Below are positions 47,601-56,154 of a stretch of 64,000 bases of DNA, piece after piece; position 1 is the first letter of the stretch; every line of letters begins with the position of its first letter. Source of the stretch: Bacteroidota bacterium (GTDB lineage: Bacteria; Bacteroidota; Ignavibacteria; UBA10030); the NCBI GenBank assembly GCA_050015675.1, contig JBEKAY010000014.1, positions 5,604 to 69,603 of the forward strand. The letters are read 5' to 3'. The notes below the pieces were generated by a model. The model was given only the letters and a program-made list of their open reading frames with translations, was not told where the DNA came from and did no database searches. The position numbers and the translations under genes are program-made.

Positions 47601-47841
47601 TATACCTTTTTGGCTCTATCCTTTGGAAAATGGTGCATTCATCGAACGTTATGTACCAGCATTTCCTCTAAGCCGTGAATCAGAAAAAATTTTGGATTTA
47701 AAGCGATCTCTGGCTGTCTACAGAATGGTGTTTGGCCAATCACGTCAGCAGGATCTTGTTGATCTTCTTTTAAATCGTTTGCCAAACGTAAACGGAAAAG
47801 AACTAGTTGATCTATTAAGAATAGACTTGAGTCCATCTTGA
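44602..47841 (+). CDS. SNF2/DEAD-like SF2 helicase
   Basis: ADEVGLGKTLVA, LIILDEFQRFKH, MLSATPYKMY, LATTSVGQEGLDFH and LEQREGRVHRYKG. 4-nt overlaps on both sides. Confidence 0.85.
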   Translation: MKNKHNRPDIEKVLSTLKDFQLETVDYVFRRMYKDEDYTRRFLIADEVGLGKTLVARGVIAKAIDHLWDKVRRIDIVYICSNADIARQNINRLNITDTDECEIASRITLLPIQYSSLKENAINLVSFTPGTSFDQKSNLGVRLERALLYWMLKDAWNITGKGPLNVLQGNVRNYKRFRKEVYQFKHEYEIDKNIKKEFARVLNSPEQNQLKERFEKICCDFRNPRAVVPYTEREERNDVIGNLRALLARTCLQHLEPDLIILDEFQRFKHLLDTTTEAGQLAHKLFDYSDEHSEARVIMLSATPYKMYTLSAMEETENHYEDFLNTYQFLTNNDAKKGASFDGQLLDYREKLLTFNTENVSPIVQAKNLIETALKKVMVRTERLAITENRNGMLVEKPSEGFSVEAGDILSYVAVEKIAKALEENDVLEYWKSAPYLFNFMDDYSVKQKLKDALKDRVLRNRVVKLFSQNPVLKLLPEEIKNYKKIDPQNARLRSLLNDVSSSGVWKLLWIPPSLPYYQLGETFQTVSEKGFTKRLVFSAWKLVPKVIATLVSYEVERLISLGFEESSLNTKDVRDKRGQLLRFARTSGRLTGMPVVGLIYPAMVLASECDPLKYYKQYASQANSPSLEGVLSWVIGQIKNLLEKLAPGNKSGGQVDERWYWAAPILFDLQQNKKTDAKQWLCNDNLAAVWSGGLDNNDEQSAWADHVDEVKKLVHEYDHNQMPLGRMPNDLPTVLAKIALASPGVCALRAMSRSMDEAIAMRQLEVKNASASTAWSFLTLFNSYEATSLIRSIDKREPYWERVLDYSMNGCLQSVLDEFFHMLLESEGLSNKPIEVIAKGIAEAVHSAITLRTARLYVDDISDIQGSTLERIENFGRARFALRFDNEDSDSSTEPTRADQVRDAFNSPFWPFVLATTSVGQEGLDFHPYCHAVVHWNLPSNPVDLEQREGRVHRYKGHAVRKNIAVKFGDEVLRKNVNDIWNSLFQLAKDQRPKGKSDLIPFWLYPLENGAFIERYVPAFPLSRESEKILDLKRSLAVYRMVFGQSRQQDLVDLLLNRLPNVNGKELVDLLRIDLSPS

Positions 47842-49319
47842 TGAAATCTCATCCCTTTCTTTCCAAATCCAAATATCTTTCCGGACTCCAGTGCTATAAG
47901 CTCCTCTGGCATTATTATAATGCGAAAGAAGAGATAGCGGAAGTAGATGTTGCTACTCAGGCTATTTTCGATCAGGGGCATTTGGTAGGTGAATATGCTA
48001 AAAAACTCTTTCCAATCGGTATCGAAGTTGCTGAAGGCGTTGTCGATTTTGGAAAAGTCATTGAACAATCCCAGCAGTTAATCTCAAAGCGCCTTCCTCT
48101 TTTTGAAGCAGCATTTCAGTACAAAAACGGTTTCGCTCGAGCAGATATTCTTAATCCAGTTGGGAAAGATTCCTGGGATATTGTCGAAGTAAAAAGCTCA
48201 ACAGAAGTGAAAGATATCAATGTGCACGATGTTACTCTTCAGCGCTATGTCTATGAAGGGGCTGGTTTAAGAATTAGAAAATGTTGGATCTACTGCATTA
48301 ACAACCAGTACATACGGAAAGGAGATATTGAACCAGATAAATTTTTTTCAAAGAAAGAAGTAACAAAAGAAGTTGATAAATTGCTGCCGAGTGTAGAAAA
48401 CAAATTGCGAAAGATGGTGGACATTATCCAACTTGCAAAATATCCTGATATAAACATAGGTCCACAATGCAGTGATCCATTTGAATGCCCTCTCATTGAG
48501 AACTGTTGGAGTTTTCTGCCAAAGCATAATGTCTTCACTCTGACAAGAATAGGGAAAAAAGGATTCAAACTTCTTGAAGAAGGTATATCTAATATAAAGG
48601 ATATACCAAAAAATTATCGCCTTACTGATAAGCAAATGATTCAAGCCGAGGCGATCCATTCTAGAAAACCAGCTATATATAAACAAAATATCCAGAACTT
48701 TCTAAAGAAATTGAAATATCCACTTTACTTTCTCGATTTTGAGACGTTCATGACTGCTATTCCCGTGTATGACGATGTACGGCCTTATCAATCTATTCCA
48801 TTCCAGTATTCCCTCCATATATTAAAAGCTCAAGACGAAAAGCCAGAACATCATTCATTCCTTGCAGATGGAAAGAAAGATCCTCGGCCGGAAATACTAA
48901 AGCTCCTCAAGAAACTTCTCGGAAATTCAGGTTCTATAATTGCATACAATGCCGGTTTCGAAAAAGGTAAACTAGCTGATGCTAGTGCAGCATTCTCTGA
49001 GTATAGGGATTGGTTTGAAAATATTCAAAATAGAATTGTCGATCTCCTGTCTCCATTCAGATCGTTTGACTATTATCACCCTGAACAAATGGGCACTGCA
49101 TCGATCAAAGCAGTCTTACCGGCCTTAACTGGCAAGAGTTATGAAGGAATGGAAATAGCAGAAGGAGGAACCGCAAGTATTGAATATCTTCGAGTTACAT
49201 TCAATGATGTTACTGAAAAAGATCGACAACATGTCCGAGAACAATTGGAAAAGTACTGCTCGCTTGATACACTCGCTATGGTCTGGATTGTCGAAAAGTT
49301 AAACAAATTGGTTAAATAG
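47838..49319 (+). CDS. DUF2779 protein: N-terminal Cas4/RecB-like PD-(D/E)xK nuclease plus C-terminal DEDD-like exonuclease fold
   Basis: LSKSKYLSGLQCYKLLW, RADIL...WDIVEVKSS, the Cys cluster QCSDPFECPLIENCW, then YFLDFETF...IPFQYSLH...IIAYNAGFE. Confidence 0.7.
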   Translation: MMKSHPFLSKSKYLSGLQCYKLLWHYYNAKEEIAEVDVATQAIFDQGHLVGEYAKKLFPIGIEVAEGVVDFGKVIEQSQQLISKRLPLFEAAFQYKNGFARADILNPVGKDSWDIVEVKSSTEVKDINVHDVTLQRYVYEGAGLRIRKCWIYCINNQYIRKGDIEPDKFFSKKEVTKEVDKLLPSVENKLRKMVDIIQLAKYPDINIGPQCSDPFECPLIENCWSFLPKHNVFTLTRIGKKGFKLLEEGISNIKDIPKNYRLTDKQMIQAEAIHSRKPAIYKQNIQNFLKKLKYPLYFLDFETFMTAIPVYDDVRPYQSIPFQYSLHILKAQDEKPEHHSFLADGKKDPRPEILKLLKKLLGNSGSIIAYNAGFEKGKLADASAAFSEYRDWFENIQNRIVDLLSPFRSFDYYHPEQMGTASIKAVLPALTGKSYEGMEIAEGGTASIEYLRVTFNDVTEKDRQHVREQLEKYCSLDTLAMVWIVEKLNKLVK

Positions 49320-50014
49320 GAAATAGATTTGTGCCTGATTCGTTCGTGTGCGGTTCAGTGCGGATACATTTGGTATTAGAATATATAGTGAGCCTGTCGA
49401 ACTATTGAACCGCTTCCTTCACCGCAATACTCACTCACAAGCACTTTTTTGGTAATTGGCACACTCCCGTTGACACGGTCGTAAGTGCCGGTTGCTCATC
49501 ACGCGGCACATCCCCGCCCTTAATTGTTTTTGATAGTTTTTCTTGCAAATAAGGGACGTGGAAGTGCCTTTTCAAAAGCAGAAAAATCAAATCGAAGATT
49601 CTTCCAACCTCTTGAATCATGACCGCTGAAGTTGAAATATACACTTGATAAATCATAGCCCTCAGTCAAGGGCAAGTCGCTTCTTCCTTCGGTCGTCGCT
49701 TTAAATCGTGAACGCTCGCAATCATTTCGCTCCACTCATTCGTAAACTCATTCCGCTTCGCTCAATCATTGCTCGCTAAAATATTTTGGTTCCCCCTCCG
49801 TGAATGAAGATTGTTGCACAAACTTCATTCTTTTAAGGGGAACTATCCGGTGACAAACTCCACGCCGTCATTTCACTCCGTCATGTAGTTTGACAACTGC
49901 TTTTCAAGCAGTTTCACCGGCGTTCCCCCAAAATATTTTTCACGACCCTTGACTTCGGGCTTACAGCAAAAGAAACGATCTCTATCAGCGGTCATGATTT
50001 TTTTTCATGAACCA

Positions 50015-50620
50015 ATGGAGGTCGTTGTGTCACAAAATTCAATCAATTCACAATTCCAATCGTATTCCAACACCCTATATGCAGCAGCTTCCAGAATGCT
50101 GGATAAACGCAATCCACTGTATGAAGACAAAGTTCAAGACCTTGTCATACTTGCGTATGAAGAATTCAAACGGAAAGCAGATCAAGGTACAATTATGAGC
50201 ATAGCACTTCTCATTCACTTTATGAAGTTGCGAAAGCCGGAAGTACAGCTGGAAATGAGAGGAGATTCACGCACACCTAAAAAAGATGTATTCAACAAAC
50301 GAAATTACTACGAAGGTAAATTAGAATTGTATTCTATCGACAATCCCTTGAATATCGAATCAAGTGATACATTTGCCGAATCAATAAAAGATGACAACAA
50401 CCTTGAGGAAGAAATATCGTTTCGTTTAGAATATCAGGAACGGCTTGCATCGCTACACACCAACGAACAAACCATCCTGCAAATGAAAATGAATGGTTAT
50501 CAAGATTATGAAATTGCACAGATCATGTGCATTCAATCAAGCACTGTCAGAAGCACAATTCAAAATATTGCATCGAAGATGCTGGAACGAAAAACCGTTC
50601 AATGTGAGCTTCAGTTGTAA
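50015..50620 (+). CDS. Sigma-70/ECF-like or LuxR-type HTH regulator of a mobile-element module
   Basis: C-terminal region-4-like HTH EQTILQMKMNGYQDYEIAQIMCIQSSTVRSTIQNIASKM. The start is uncertain (ORF track gives 49949; ATG at 50015 follows GGAGG-free AT-rich sequence). Confidence 0.55.
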   Translation: MEVVVSQNSINSQFQSYSNTLYAAASRMLDKRNPLYEDKVQDLVILAYEEFKRKADQGTIMSIALLIHFMKLRKPEVQLEMRGDSRTPKKDVFNKRNYYEGKLELYSIDNPLNIESSDTFAESIKDDNNLEEEISFRLEYQERLASLHTNEQTILQMKMNGYQDYEIAQIMCIQSSTVRSTIQNIASKMLERKTVQCELQL

Positions 50621-50646
50621 CCCGCCTCAATATCCCATCCCTCAAA

Positions 50647-50680
50647 AGTCCCACCCTAAAAAGGTGGGACTTTTCTTTTG
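50647..50680 (+). terminator. Rho-independent terminator
   Basis: AGTCCCACC-CTAAAAA-GGTGGGACT followed by TTTTCTTTT. Confidence 0.65.
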
Positions 50681-50753
50681 GTATTAAACGAATGTAAATC
50701 ACATGCCCGCACTTTGATGCGGAAGAAGTAACACAACATAAAGGAGTTTTATC

Positions 50754-51404
50754 ATGAGTTATCAAAAAGAGTTTTTACAAATACAGGAAGGTCGAATTGC
50801 AGATGTTACTTTCTTGTTTCCTACCGGATTGAAAAAGGAAGGTAATTTCGGACCGTATTTTCTGTATACGGTCAAACACGAGGGAAAGGAAAAATTCCTC
50901 AAAGTCACAGAGCGACTTGAAAAAGAGTTGCGAAAGTTGAACATCAACACGAAACAAGCCTACAGCTTGTTCAAAGAAACCATTCACCCTCCCAAAAGCG
51001 AGCCTTATACGCTTTTCAGAATTGTGGAAAACAAAAATCCACAGCCCGCACCTGAGCCAAAGGCTCATGCGTCTCTGGTGCAAAGCCCAGTACCGCACCA
51101 ACCAGCGGCAGTCCAGCCGCAAACGGTAAAGGTTCAAGATGTCAATTTCACTGGAGATAAGCAGATCATGCACCAATCCATGCTTGATGCAGTGGATATC
51201 ACAAAAGCCATCGGTGGGATTGACTGGAGAAACACAGACATTGAGAAAATTGGTGTTTCGTTGTTTCTCTCACGTACCGGGCAGCTTACCACCGAACAAG
51301 TTCTTTCAAACGGTAACGGCAAAAAACCGCGAAAGGTGAAGGAAACCCCAAAGGCAGAACCGTCGCGCGAGCTTGTTCCCGCTGATGCAGTACCGTCCAA
51401 TTGA
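50754..51404 (+). CDS. Hypothetical protein with a Pro/Gln-rich linker
   Basis: Long ORF with RBS AAAGGAG upstream. No family recognised. Confidence 0.5.
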   Translation: MSYQKEFLQIQEGRIADVTFLFPTGLKKEGNFGPYFLYTVKHEGKEKFLKVTERLEKELRKLNINTKQAYSLFKETIHPPKSEPYTLFRIVENKNPQPAPEPKAHASLVQSPVPHQPAAVQPQTVKVQDVNFTGDKQIMHQSMLDAVDITKAIGGIDWRNTDIEKIGVSLFLSRTGQLTTEQVLSNGNGKKPRKVKETPKAEPSRELVPADAVPSN

Positions 51405-51447
51405 AACGGTAAGCACGACGATCTGCCGTTCTAATTTAAAATGTCAC

Positions 51448-51487
51448 TGGCTCGCTTGCAATAACAGGCGAGTCATTTCTTTAATTC
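51448..51487 (+). terminator. Probable terminator hairpin
   Basis: TGGCTCGC-N12-GCGAGTCA (one G-U pair) followed by TTTCTTTAATT. Confidence 0.4.
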
Positions 51488-51511
51488 AACAACTGGTAAG
51501 GAATCAATACT

Positions 51512-52015
51512 ATGAACGATACACTCTATGAAATCACTCGGGAACTTGTTCTTCTTGAAAACTATGAAGAATCACAAGAGCAAAACGGAGAGGATAGACT
51601 TGAGCTTTTCCGGCAAGCTCTCGACAATCTCAATATGAAGTTTCTCGACAAGGTCACGAACATTGTTAAGTTCATCAAGAATCTTGAATATTTCCGTGAT
51701 GCAGTAGCAGCCGAGGCAAAACGTTTGAGCGATCGGAAACGATCTTTCGACAATCGTATCGATTGGCTAAAAAATTATGTCAAATCATGTATGGAGGCAA
51801 CGCAAAGTGAGAAAATCAAATATTCCTTATTCACAATTTCAGTGGGAAAAAGTCAACCGTCCGTTGAAGTCCTTGACATTGAAAAGGTTGATGCTCAATT
51901 CATCAAAACTAAGAAGGAAGTGGACAAGACAAAAATTCTTGAACAGGTGAAAGCCACCGGAATCATTCCCGATGGTGTCGACATCAATTATGGAACGCAT
52001 CTTATCATTCGCTAA
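51512..52015 (+). CDS. Siphovirus Gp157-family protein
   Basis: The overall pattern LYEIT.EL..L........, coiled coil, KRLSDRKRSFDNRIDWLKNYV...ME, YSLFTISVGKSQPSVEV and a C-terminal ..G.HLIIR matches the Gp157 family (PF05565) as I recall it. Confidence 0.6.
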   Translation: MNDTLYEITRELVLLENYEESQEQNGEDRLELFRQALDNLNMKFLDKVTNIVKFIKNLEYFRDAVAAEAKRLSDRKRSFDNRIDWLKNYVKSCMEATQSEKIKYSLFTISVGKSQPSVEVLDIEKVDAQFIKTKKEVDKTKILEQVKATGIIPDGVDINYGTHLIIR

Positions 52016-52026
52016 TCTAACTTTAA

Positions 52027-52058
52027 AAGGCATTCCAAAATACGGAATGCCTTTTTTG
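52027..52058 (+). terminator. Rho-independent terminator
   Basis: AAGGCATTCC-AAAATAC-GGAATGCCTT followed by TTTTGTTT. Confidence 0.7.
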
Positions 52059-52155
52059 TTTCCATTCCGTCAATTCCCCGATTCATTTTCAGGTTTTCCT
52101 CTTTTGGTATAAAAGGTTTGAAAGAAATCTCTACCAATAAAAAGGTATAGCAACA

Positions 52156-55100
52156 ATGGAAATGAAACGCTCTCGTGTCACCGATGAATTGCTCAACGGG
52201 CAATCTGAAAATATATTCACGTCAAAGAATTCCCTTCAAAAGGGATTGCAACAATATTTCACACCCACACATATTGCACAGTTCGCCAGCGAAGTCATTG
52301 AAGCAGACAACAACGCTGTCATAGTTGATTTGACCGCAGGAACTGGAAATCTTCTCAAGCCTTATGCAGAGCAGAACGATTCCGCACTTTGTTTAGGAAT
52401 TGAACTTGACAAGTTCAATATCCCTACACATACGGAGAATCTGAAAGTTGCCAACGCCGATCTTTCAAAGGTATATCCCTATTTGAAAGCCGTTGACTTT
52501 AAAGCTGACATCATAGCATTAAACCCGCCATTCTCTCTTTTTTGGGAATTGCCGGAATTGACCGGAAATCCTGACAAGAAAATAGAAAGCCAGAAAGCAA
52601 CTATTCTCATTGGCTACGAATTACTTTCCACGTTAGGAGCAGGATATTTTATAGCATCATGTTCGACATTCGAGAAAACGTTGAATACCGACGATGCAAT
52701 CATGGAAAGAGTCTTTGCAACGATTCATATGCAAAATCTTTTCCTGCCGTATTCAAATGTCGAATCCGTTCTCTGTTTCTTCTCCAATGATGTCACAGAA
52801 AAACGCATCAAGCAATATACAAGCTCTTTTGATTTCAATGTACCCAACATCGATACAGTTCTGAAAACAGAGAAAGAACAGCTTCATTGGTTCATGGATT
52901 CTAACCGTATTTACATCATTACACACAATGAAGAGGATGAAAAGAAAGAGAAATCTGATAGATTCAAAGCCGCACTTGCCGAGTATAAACGCCAGCAATC
53001 CAAGAAAGCGCAATCTTTCAATATCGAAATCAGGAACGGTAAGTTTTCCGTTTCGCTTTCCAACTATCAGTATTATGTCATCAATACCAAGCTTTCAGAG
53101 GAAGAACAGTCACTTATCAATGAAATGAAGGTAGTAGCGCTTTCCTACTTTGCATTCAACACGCAGGCAAGAAAGCTTCTTACAAAGGTCATAGAGCAAG
53201 ACAAGCTTTTGACCATAAGCCCGAATGCAAAGCAAGCCATCGAAAAGGCGGTTCAGAAAGCTGACTTCACCTTAACACCATTCTATTCCTTGAAGCCACA
53301 ACAACGACTTGCACACTTGGAAAACATCGACCAGATCAAATGTATCAAAGACTTGAATCTGAAAAAGAAGTCATTCAAGGCAGGAAAATTCTACCCGATA
53401 AAAGTTACAACAACCATTGCAACGGATTACTACGAAAGGATGAAATACAGCAAGGAAAGCGAACAAGACAAAAAAACCGAAATGGTCAAGGTATCCAAGA
53501 ATTTGAGCATCGAAATAGATGAGCACACATTCACGGAATCAAAGAAAGATATTGAAGCCGTCATTCAGCATTTCGAGTTACCAAACCCGCAGGATGTCCG
53601 GTTGAAGAATCAAGCTTTGTATGCAAAGCTCAAAAAGAGAGTTGAAGGAAATGAGTTCACTGGATATACATTCAAACAATTCCAGGTTGAAGATTTAAGC
53701 CGACTTGCGATGAAAGAATCTGCAGTACTAAGTTGGGAACAAGGCTTAGGCAAAACCAGAGGAGCGCTTGCATGGTCGAAGTTACGTAATTCCCGCAAGA
53801 CGTTGATTGTAGTACCGCAGGACTTGAAAAAACAATGGATTGCAGAGGCGAAAGCTTTAGGAATTGACATCGAAGAGATTAAAACCTATTCCGATGCAAA
53901 AAGATGTTCAACACAAAAGTACAATAATCCAAAATGGTTCATTATACATTATGAACTATTGAAGGGAACACGTCAACACGATCAGTACAAGTTCCATCAT
54001 GTCGATTCACAAAAGAAGTATTGCCCGAACTGTAAATCTATCAAGGCATGGAACGGCTTTGTTTGTTCAGATTGTGAATTCAAGAGTAACATTGATGAAA
54101 CCAATTGCCCCAATTGTGGTAGTACTCGAAATGAAGGTTGGAACGGAAAGACGTGCAAGCAATGTTCATTCACACTCTTTGAATTAAGAGTCAAAGGTAT
54201 TTATTCCATCGTGAAGAAAGCTTTTGACACGATCATCGTTGATGAAGGAGTGAAAATCAAATCGAAGGATTCCTTGCAGGGAATCGCAGTTCGTTCGCTT
54301 CATGCAAAGAATAGGTTGCTCTTAAGCGGAAGCCCTATCAAGGGATGGATTACAGACGCATTCTGGCTTTTGCATTGGACACTTGGCAACGCAAGCGCAC
54401 GGTTTCCTTATCATTACAAAGGAGGAACGGAGAAGTTCCTGGATGATTTCGGAGTCTTTGAATATACCGCAGAAGAATTTCGCAAATCCCTAAGCAAAGG
54501 CAAACGGAAAATGTTGCCGGAAATCTCCAATCTTTCTTTGCTCTGGAAACTCTTTGCCCCATCGATTATTCGGAGGAAGAAAGTTGAGACCGGAGAGAAC
54601 CTTGTTGATAAACACATTCACAAGATTAAGTTGAATTTCACACAAGATCAGAAGCGTGTTTATGATTGGTGGATTGATAACTTTTCCGCATGGTTTGAAT
54701 CGACACACGATTCCAAAATCAGCGGAACTCAAATCGAATATATGAAAGCGATCTTAGGACAACTTTGGAAACTACGTTTGAGCACGACCGTTCCTGCAAG
54801 CACACTTCTTATGAAATCCGGTGAAGGAGAGAAGGGAATCAGTAATTTCACAGAAAAGACTTTGTTCGTTGCTCGAAAGGTGAAAGAGATAATCGATGCA
54901 CAAGAACAGGTTGTCATCTTTACGGCGCTTCAAGATTATGGAGAGTTCCTACAGGAATTATTTCTTGAAGCGCAGATCGGTTCACGGCTTGTCAATGGCA
55001 ATGTCAACCCCCGCAAACGTTCCGAAGTGATTGCAGCATTCAAACAACGAGAGTTTCCGATTCTTATTGCAGGAACAGAAGCCGTAAACTTAGGACACAA

Positions 55101-55533
55101 CCTTGATAATGCGAATCATATAATCATGTGCGACTATATTTGGGAACATAGCACTTCCCGCCAAGCCATTGATCGGGTTCACAGGTTAACAAGCACAAAG
55201 GATGTCAATGTCTATTTGCTCTATATCGAAAATTCGATTGATGAAAAACAATTGAAACTCATTGAGAACAAAGGGAAGTCATCCGACCTTGCCCTCGATG
55301 GAGAATTGATCGATCAGGATGAAAATGAGATCGATTTCCTGAAAATTGCTAAAGAAATATTGAGACAGCATGACTTTTCACGGAATCATACAGTTCCAGA
55401 ACAATTAATTGAAGATCAGGTGAGAACAATTTTCAACATGTCTATTGATGAAAAGTCAGAAGATCGGCAGGTTGAATCAAAAGAAGGTTGCTGTATTCTT
55501 GAAATAGAACAATTGAGTCTCTTTGCAGCTTAG
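52156..55533 (+). CDS. N6-adenine methyltransferase fused to SNF2 helicase with zinc-ribbon insert (phage P1 DarB-like anti-restriction architecture)
   Basis: MTase motifs YFTPTHIA, VDLTAGTGNLL and ALNPPF. Helicase motifs WEQGLGKT, IIVDEGVKIK, LLLSGSPIKG, IAGTEAVNLGHNL and QAIDRVHRLTS. Cys4 clusters CPNCKS..CSDC and CPNCGS..CKQC. Confidence 0.8.
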   Translation: MEMKRSRVTDELLNGQSENIFTSKNSLQKGLQQYFTPTHIAQFASEVIEADNNAVIVDLTAGTGNLLKPYAEQNDSALCLGIELDKFNIPTHTENLKVANADLSKVYPYLKAVDFKADIIALNPPFSLFWELPELTGNPDKKIESQKATILIGYELLSTLGAGYFIASCSTFEKTLNTDDAIMERVFATIHMQNLFLPYSNVESVLCFFSNDVTEKRIKQYTSSFDFNVPNIDTVLKTEKEQLHWFMDSNRIYIITHNEEDEKKEKSDRFKAALAEYKRQQSKKAQSFNIEIRNGKFSVSLSNYQYYVINTKLSEEEQSLINEMKVVALSYFAFNTQARKLLTKVIEQDKLLTISPNAKQAIEKAVQKADFTLTPFYSLKPQQRLAHLENIDQIKCIKDLNLKKKSFKAGKFYPIKVTTTIATDYYERMKYSKESEQDKKTEMVKVSKNLSIEIDEHTFTESKKDIEAVIQHFELPNPQDVRLKNQALYAKLKKRVEGNEFTGYTFKQFQVEDLSRLAMKESAVLSWEQGLGKTRGALAWSKLRNSRKTLIVVPQDLKKQWIAEAKALGIDIEEIKTYSDAKRCSTQKYNNPKWFIIHYELLKGTRQHDQYKFHHVDSQKKYCPNCKSIKAWNGFVCSDCEFKSNIDETNCPNCGSTRNEGWNGKTCKQCSFTLFELRVKGIYSIVKKAFDTIIVDEGVKIKSKDSLQGIAVRSLHAKNRLLLSGSPIKGWITDAFWLLHWTLGNASARFPYHYKGGTEKFLDDFGVFEYTAEEFRKSLSKGKRKMLPEISNLSLLWKLFAPSIIRRKKVETGENLVDKHIHKIKLNFTQDQKRVYDWWIDNFSAWFESTHDSKISGTQIEYMKAILGQLWKLRLSTTVPASTLLMKSGEGEKGISNFTEKTLFVARKVKEIIDAQEQVVIFTALQDYGEFLQELFLEAQIGSRLVNGNVNPRKRSEVIAAFKQREFPILIAGTEAVNLGHNLDNANHIIMCDYIWEHSTSRQAIDRVHRLTSTKDVNVYLLYIENSIDEKQLKLIENKGKSSDLALDGELIDQDENEIDFLKIAKEILRQHDFSRNHTVPEQLIEDQVRTIFNMSIDEKSEDRQVESKEGCCILEIEQLSLFAA

Positions 55534-55542
55534 CAAAGAAAA

Positions 55543-55572
55543 GGCAAGTCCGTCAATTCAGACGGGCTTGCC
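55543..55572 (+). terminator. Possible terminator hairpin after the methylase-helicase gene
   Basis: GGCAAGTCCGTC-AATTCA-GACGGGCTTGCC. The T-run is displaced by 8 nt, so this is a weaker call. Confidence 0.35.
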
Positions 55573-55750
55573 CGCCGGTGTTTTGGCGCGCTCGCCTCAT
55601 TCCTTCACGTGTCAATCCTTCCGATACATATTCACACCCATTGCCACATTTCGTCATTCGGCTCGCCAAAAGAAAAATAAATCAATATTGTGCTTCGCTC
55701 TAAAAAAATATTTGGTATAAGAACAGCACAAAAAGGAAGACGAGACTAAG

Positions 55751-55966
55751 ATGATTTCAATGGAACCGATTCTGAAAAATAGTAAGCGAGGTGACAGGGT
55801 TCTTCTCAGAATTGCCGACGAGCTTCATTTCGGCGTTGTTGTCTATGTTTCCCGATACTGTCCTTTTTCTAACCGGATTCTTCGAGATGGTGCAATTATT
55901 GGAACAGAAGTTCCTGGTTTACCAAAACATCAGCGGATCTATTTCTTCGAACCGTTTGAACCTTAG
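55751..55966 (+). CDS. Small hypothetical protein
   Basis: 71-aa ORF preceded by AAAGGAAG. No family recognised. Confidence 0.35.
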   Translation: MISMEPILKNSKRGDRVLLRIADELHFGVVVYVSRYCPFSNRILRDGAIIGTEVPGLPKHQRIYFFEPFEP

Positions 55967-56154
55967 CTTTCCTCGATTTTCCTCTGTTATAGCGTTCGTC
56001 CGTGGGTCTATACAATTTACAGCCCCGTTCTCGCACCGCAAGCCTTTCATCCCGCATAGCGGGAATTCAACCACTCGCTTGTGCAGCTCTGCTCCTAGCT
56101 CACACCGTGCAAATGATGCGCCTTATCAGTCACAACATTTGCAGCAACGGTGAT

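Noticed and set aside
24373-49319. Reading the whole interval as one class 1 DISARM system (SNF2, MTase, ..., PLD, helicase)
   Set aside because: I recognised no DUF1998-type DrmA or DrmB proteins. The PLD and helicase genes at 42761-47841 are separated from the SNF2/MTase pair by three unrelated systems, and they belong to their own overlapping operon.
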